From: Methylorubrum populi
GTDB lineage: Bacteria > Pseudomonadota > Alphaproteobacteria > Rhizobiales > Beijerinckiaceae
Direction of reading: 5' to 3'
Length of the DNA stretch: 64,000 bases
Assembly: GCA_020741775.1 (NCBI GenBank)
Contig: DYYG01000063.1
Location: 24,429-88,428, forward strand
Below the pieces are notes generated by a model. It did no database searches. It was not told the DNA's origin and saw nothing but the letters and a program-made list of their open reading frames with translations. Position numbers and translations under genes: made by a program. This document shows, piece after piece, positions 59,724 to 64,000 of the stretch (its first letter is position 1; the number at the start of each line of letters is the position of its first letter).

Positions 59724-60731
59724 ATGGCCGTCGTCCTCGATCTCCTGAACAACGACACCCGGCCGAATCAGGCTGCGCCCGCGCGACCGCGCCACCCCGA
59801 GAAGGCGCATCGCCCCGATACGGCGATTCAGCGCAAACCGGACTGGATCCGGGTGAAGGCACCGGGCTCGAAGCTGTGGGCGGAGACGAAGGACATCGTC
59901 CGCGCCAACAAGCTGGTCACCGTCTGCGAAGAGGCCGGCTGCCCGAATATCGGCGAGTGCTGGGAGAAGCGCCACGCCACCTTCATGATCATGGGGGACA
60001 CCTGCACCCGCGCCTGCTCGTTCTGCAACGTGCGCACCGGGCTGCCGCAGGGCCTCGATGACGCCGAGCCGGAGAAGGTGGCCGACGCGGTGGCCAAGCT
60101 CGGCCTGCATCACGTCGTCGTGACCTCGGTGGACCGCGACGACCTCAAGGATGGCGGCGCCGAGCATTTCTCGCGCACCATCGCCGCGATCCGCCGGGCG
60201 AGCCCCGGCACCACCGTCGAGATCCTGACGCCCGATTTCCTGCGCAAGCCCGGCGCCCTCGAAATTGTGGTGGCGGCCAAGCCCGACGTGTTCAACCACA
60301 ATCTCGAAACCGTACCGGGCAAGTACGTGACCGTGCGGCCGGGCGCGCGCTACTTCCATTCCGTGCGCCTGCTGCAGCGGGTCAAGGAACTCGATCCGAC
60401 GATCTTCACCAAGTCCGGTATCATGGTCGGGCTGGGCGAGGAGCGGAACGAGGTCGTGCAACTCATGGACGACCTGCGCTCCGCGGAGGTCGACTTCCTG
60501 ACCATCGGCCAATATCTGCAACCGACCCGCAAGCATCATGAGGTCGTGCGCTTCGTGCCGCCGGACGAGTTCAAGGCCTACGAGACGACGGCCTATGCCA
60601 AGGGCTTCCTGCTGGTCTCGGCGACGCCGCTGACCCGCTCGTCGCACCATGCCGGCGAGGATTTCGCACGGCTCAAAGCCGCACGACTCGCCAAGCTCGG
60701 CCCCCTCTCGCTCGCCGCCGCCAACGCCTGA
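59724..60731 (+). CDS. lipA: Lipoyl synthase
   Basis: [20 protein letters not shown] (radical SAM), [21 protein letters not shown]. Confidence 0.97.
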   Translation: MAVVLDLLNNDTRPNQAAPARPRHPEKAHRPDTAIQRKPDWIRVKAPGSKLWAETKDIVRANKLVTVCEEAGCPNIGECWEKRHATFMIMGDTCTRACSFCNVRTGLPQGLDDAEPEKVADAVAKLGLHHVVVTSVDRDDLKDGGAEHFSRTIAAIRRASPGTTVEILTPDFLRKPGALEIVVAAKPDVFNHNLETVPGKYVTVRPGARYFHSVRLLQRVKELDPTIFTKSGIMVGLGEERNEVVQLMDDLRSAEVDFLTIGQYLQPTRKHHEVVRFVPPDEFKAYETTAYAKGFLLVSATPLTRSSHHAGEDFARLKAARLAKLGPLSLAAANA

Positions 60732-60737
60732 GTCCGC

Positions 60738-61196
60738 ATGCCATCCTTCCGCATCACGAGGAAAGTGCGCCATACGGCGACGCAGATGTACGACCTCGTG
60801 GCCGACATCGAGCGGTATCCCGAATTCCTGCCGCTCTGCGAGTCGCTGCGCGTGCTGCGCGATGTCGAGGGGCCGAACGGGACGAAGATCCGGGTCGCCG
60901 AGATGGGCGTCGGCTACAAGGCGATCCGCGAACGCTTCACCACTCGCGTGACTCTCGACCGCGACAACCGCAAGATCACCGCCGAGTACATCGACGGTCC
61001 GTTCCGGCATTTGGAAAATCGTTGGTCCTTCCGCGAGGCGGCGGATGGCGGCTGCGAAGTCGATTTCTTCATCACCTACGAGTTCAAGAGCCGCACCCTC
61101 GGCCTGTTGATGGGCTCGATGTTCGACCGCGCTTTCCGCAAATTCACCGACGCCTTCGAGGGGCGCGCAACGGCGATATACGGCGCACCGGCCTGA
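60738..61196 (+). CDS. ratA: RatA/PasT (Coq10/START-fold) protein
   Basis: QMYDLVADIERYPEFLPLC, GPFRHLENRWSF, FTDAFEGRA; follows lipA. Confidence 0.88.
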   Translation: MPSFRITRKVRHTATQMYDLVADIERYPEFLPLCESLRVLRDVEGPNGTKIRVAEMGVGYKAIRERFTTRVTLDRDNRKITAEYIDGPFRHLENRWSFREAADGGCEVDFFITYEFKSRTLGLLMGSMFDRAFRKFTDAFEGRATAIYGAPA

Positions 61197-61697
61197 CCGA
61201 TCGCACCTGGACCGGCGGGACATCTCTCGCTTGCCGGCTGCTTCTCGTCGGTCCACCGCTCGGCGTTGACCGGGCGGATCTCCTGCCACGCTCGATTGAC
61301 GGTCGAACGATCCCCATCTCCGCAGCCGCTGGCTGCCGCATTGTGATCCGTCGCCACTCATGACGAGCCCGCGATCATACGAGCGGGAATGGTGAGACGG
61401 ATCTTCCTACCTGCCGTCGCCGCCCCTCCGCGGGCAACACATCAGCTTACGCCCTGTCATTGAGCAATTTCGATCTTCTTGGCTTACGGCAAATACCGGC
61501 GCACGACGCGTAAAACAAAATTTTTGTGTAGATAGAATATTCTGGAAATAATCTGATACAAACCGATGGATCAGGAGGGTGCAACCTTCGTTCCAACGAG
61601 TTTGATCTTTGCGTTCCGATGCGATCCGTAGCATGCCACCCACTCCGCTGAGGCTTGGCATAGGACACGCTTTTCGAGCGGCAGCAGAAACAGGGCG

Positions 61698-62318
61698 ATG
61701 CCGCACGGGCCGAGGGTTGGTGGGTTGGACGCACGAAATCTGACATGGCAGGCGCTGCAGCCCCGGGAGCGACGCTGGGAACGCATGGGACAACGGCCCG
61801 CGATTGCGTGGCTGACTGGCCTGTCCGGAGCCGGTAAATCGACTGTTGCCAACGCGGTGGATCATGCACTGACGGAGGCCCGTCGCAGCAGCATGGTCCT
61901 CGACGGCGACAATCTTCGGCAGGGTCTGAACCGCGATCTCGGCTTTTCCGCAGAGGATCGGGTCGAGAACATTCGTCGCGCAGCGGAAGCTGCCCGGCTG
62001 ATGGCGGAGGCTGGGCTCGTCGTGATCGTGTCCTTGATCTCGCCCTACCGCGCCGAGCGCCGCGCCGCACGGGCGATTGCCGGGGACATTCCCTTCCTCG
62101 AAGTCTTCATCGATACGCCCTTGTCGGTCTGCGAGGCCCGCGATCCGAAAGGGCTGTATGACCGCGCACGGGCCGGCAAAATCCCCGATTTCACCGGCAT
62201 TTCGGCTCCTTATGAAGTGCCGACCGCGCCCGACTTCACCTTGCCGACATGGGATCGCGGCGTGCACGAAACGGCCGAACCGCTCATTCAAGCCTTGCTA
62301 GACTTAAGCGCAGTCTGA
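61698..62318 (+). CDS. cysC: Stand-alone adenylyl-sulfate kinase
   Basis: WLTGLSGAGKST, LDGDNLRQGLNRDLGFS.EDR.ENIRR, SLISPY, RDPKGLY, FTGISAPYEVP. Confidence 0.92.
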   Translation: MPHGPRVGGLDARNLTWQALQPRERRWERMGQRPAIAWLTGLSGAGKSTVANAVDHALTEARRSSMVLDGDNLRQGLNRDLGFSAEDRVENIRRAAEAARLMAEAGLVVIVSLISPYRAERRAARAIAGDIPFLEVFIDTPLSVCEARDPKGLYDRARAGKIPDFTGISAPYEVPTAPDFTLPTWDRGVHETAEPLIQALLDLSAV

Positions 62319-62832
62319 CTGGATTTCGGCAGACGGCATCGCGCTGGCTTCTGACGGCACCAGCATGACAACAGCCAGATCAGACCGGATCGCCCCGGAT
62401 CGGTGTCTTTCGGTTCTTGTTGAGGCGCATTGTTCGCGCATCGCACGCCCCGTCGCTGACGAGCGCATTACGCCAATCCGGACCTCATCGCGTCTCGCGT
62501 CCGGCTTTGCTCCGAACAGGCGGGACGACCCTCGGCAGTCGTCCCTCCGAGCGATGACGGATCCGCTGGATCCTGCCTCGTGCATGCCGCGAAGACGGTC
62601 AGCCCCGCGACGCTGTCTGCCTCGTCGTCGGTTTTCATCCATCACCATTCCGAAAATCCTGCGGTCTGGTGCCATGCCGCACAAATCGGAATTGTCGTCA
62701 GGATTAAATCACAAGTATATATGCGTGATAAAACGCACTTTGAAAGTAAAACAACAGCGACTACTCTAATCCTGCGACGAATAAAAAAGAGAAAAAAGCT
62801 CGCGTCTGAGGGATTAAGAGAGGAAAGTCGAT

Positions 62833-63138
62833 ATGACCCGGATTATCACGATCGGTTTCCTGGCAGCGGCGGTGGCGTTTCCTATCGCGGCTCAGGCAGA
62901 CGGTGGCCTCGGCAGCCGGCAGCAGGCGGGCGGCGCCTTCATGAGCAGCTACGTGGACGACCCCTACCATGACCCGCGCTCGCTCCACTCGCAGCGCAAC
63001 GGGACGGGACAGATCCTCGGCGCGCCGATGCTCAGCGAGAATGCCGGGGCGAAAATGAGCCCGGCCCGTTCGGCCCTGCGCCAGGGCGCGGTCGGGTCGC
63101 GGTGGTCCGCGGGTCAGGCGCCGCGCCGGGCGCGCTAA
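62833..63138 (+). CDS. Small secreted hypothetical protein
   Basis: AGAGGA RBS, signal peptide ending in AQA, SSYVDDPYHDPRS motif. Confidence 0.65.
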   Translation: MTRIITIGFLAAAVAFPIAAQADGGLGSRQQAGGAFMSSYVDDPYHDPRSLHSQRNGTGQILGAPMLSENAGAKMSPARSALRQGAVGSRWSAGQAPRRAR

Positions 63139-63824
63139 GTCGTCGTCACGAGGGCAGCCATGTCTGCTCGCGAAACGACGGCGAACACAAGCGTCACGCA
63201 CCGTCTCGACAGCCGACCTTTGGCTTGTCTGAAAAGGTCGATGAAGAACAAGGAACTAGCGCGTCCGATTGCTTGATCGATGCGCTAGTTCCGTACGGGG
63301 GCGGCGCGCCGGGACACGCGCCGCCGGATACGCCGCGCTGATCGGCCCTCGGCCCATCGTCGAACGGGCGTATCCGACACCATCGTGCAGGCCGACATCT
63401 CGCTGCGCCAGCGGCGGCGACATGGATGGGCCATGCCCCATCGACTTGGCGACCGGCAGGCGGAGCCTCGTCTGCTCACACGTTCAACATCTACCCCTGT
63501 CGGCGCGCCGGCTCACGCGCGGCAACGGACAGCGAGGCCTGTCGTGAACGGCACCGCCCAGGATCTGTCGAAGCGCGCGGGAACCTTTCCCCTGGGCGAG
63601 GGCCGATCGACGACGGAGTGCCGTTCCGCGCGCATCCGCAGCCCGAGGCTCGCATCAGCCTTCGCGCCGGGGCTCTCACGTCGTTCGAAACCATCACCTC
63701 ATCCGGCCCAGGCAATCGCGTCGCGGGCCGCCCTCATGATCCCGTCGCGCTGGCGCCGGGCGCAGGGGCGGCCGTGCCGGAGATCGCCAGCCTCCACGCT
63801 GTCGCTGCGGAGTAGCATCTTGCC

Positions 63825-64000
63825 ATGTCCTCCATTTTCACCCGGCTGATCCCGCCGACCCTCGGCCGGGATCTCCCGGCCTCCTTCGTCGTCTTCCTCG
63901 TGGCGATGCCGCTCTGCATGGGCATCGCCATCGCCTCAGGAGTGCCCGCCGAGCGCGGCCTCATCACCGGAGTGATCGGCGGCATCGTCGTCGGTTTCCT
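63825..64000 (+). CDS. SulP-family anion permease, 3' end outside window
   Basis: [44 protein letters not shown]. Confidence 0.9.
   Translation, partial: MSSIFTRLIPPTLGRDLPASFVVFLVAMPLCMGIAIASGVPAERGLITGVIGGIVVGF

Noticed and set aside
61197-61420. CinA-family remnant, expected after ratA in many Rhizobiales
   Set aside because: None of the three minus-strand frames shows CinA motifs.

Overview
GC-rich alphaproteobacterial chromosome segment. Gene content and order point to Methylobacterium/Methylorubrum (inference). The backbone is housekeeping: an Omp25-type porin fragment, glycerate kinase, a GapR-like nucleoid protein, a ycbK/ycbB-like peptidoglycan pair, a TacA-like sigma-54 regulator, pepF, an ABC1 kinase, pntAA-AB-B, recJ, tRNA-Tyr, tRNA-His, a ClC-family protein, kdsA, queF, eno, ftsB, pdhA-B-C-lpdA, lipA and ratA. 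Two accessory stretches interrupt it. The first, about 21 kb between the convergent tRNA-Tyr and tRNA-His, holds a Crp/Fnr regulator, a sensorless HWE kinase, tamAB, cyanase with a divergent PAS sigma-54 activator, an OprB porin, a MauG-like di-haem protein, a cupredoxin, a GGDEF-EAL protein, Mn catalase, a DUF892 protein and a Hint-domain protein. The second, about 6.8 kb between lpdA and lipA, holds small lineage-specific genes, several preceded by EcfG-like or CtrA-like motifs. I saw no CRISPR array, transposase, integrase or phage gene. The best candidates for an undescribed system are (1) the non-canonical MauG-like di-haem protein plus amicyanin-like cupredoxin divergent from a c-di-GMP enzyme, with no mau structural genes in the window, and (2) cyanase controlled by a sigma-54 promoter, three palindromic enhancer-like sites and a PAS-PAS activator instead of CynR. 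All calls come from reading motifs by eye and from recalled family knowledge. No database searches were run, and many start codons are best guesses.
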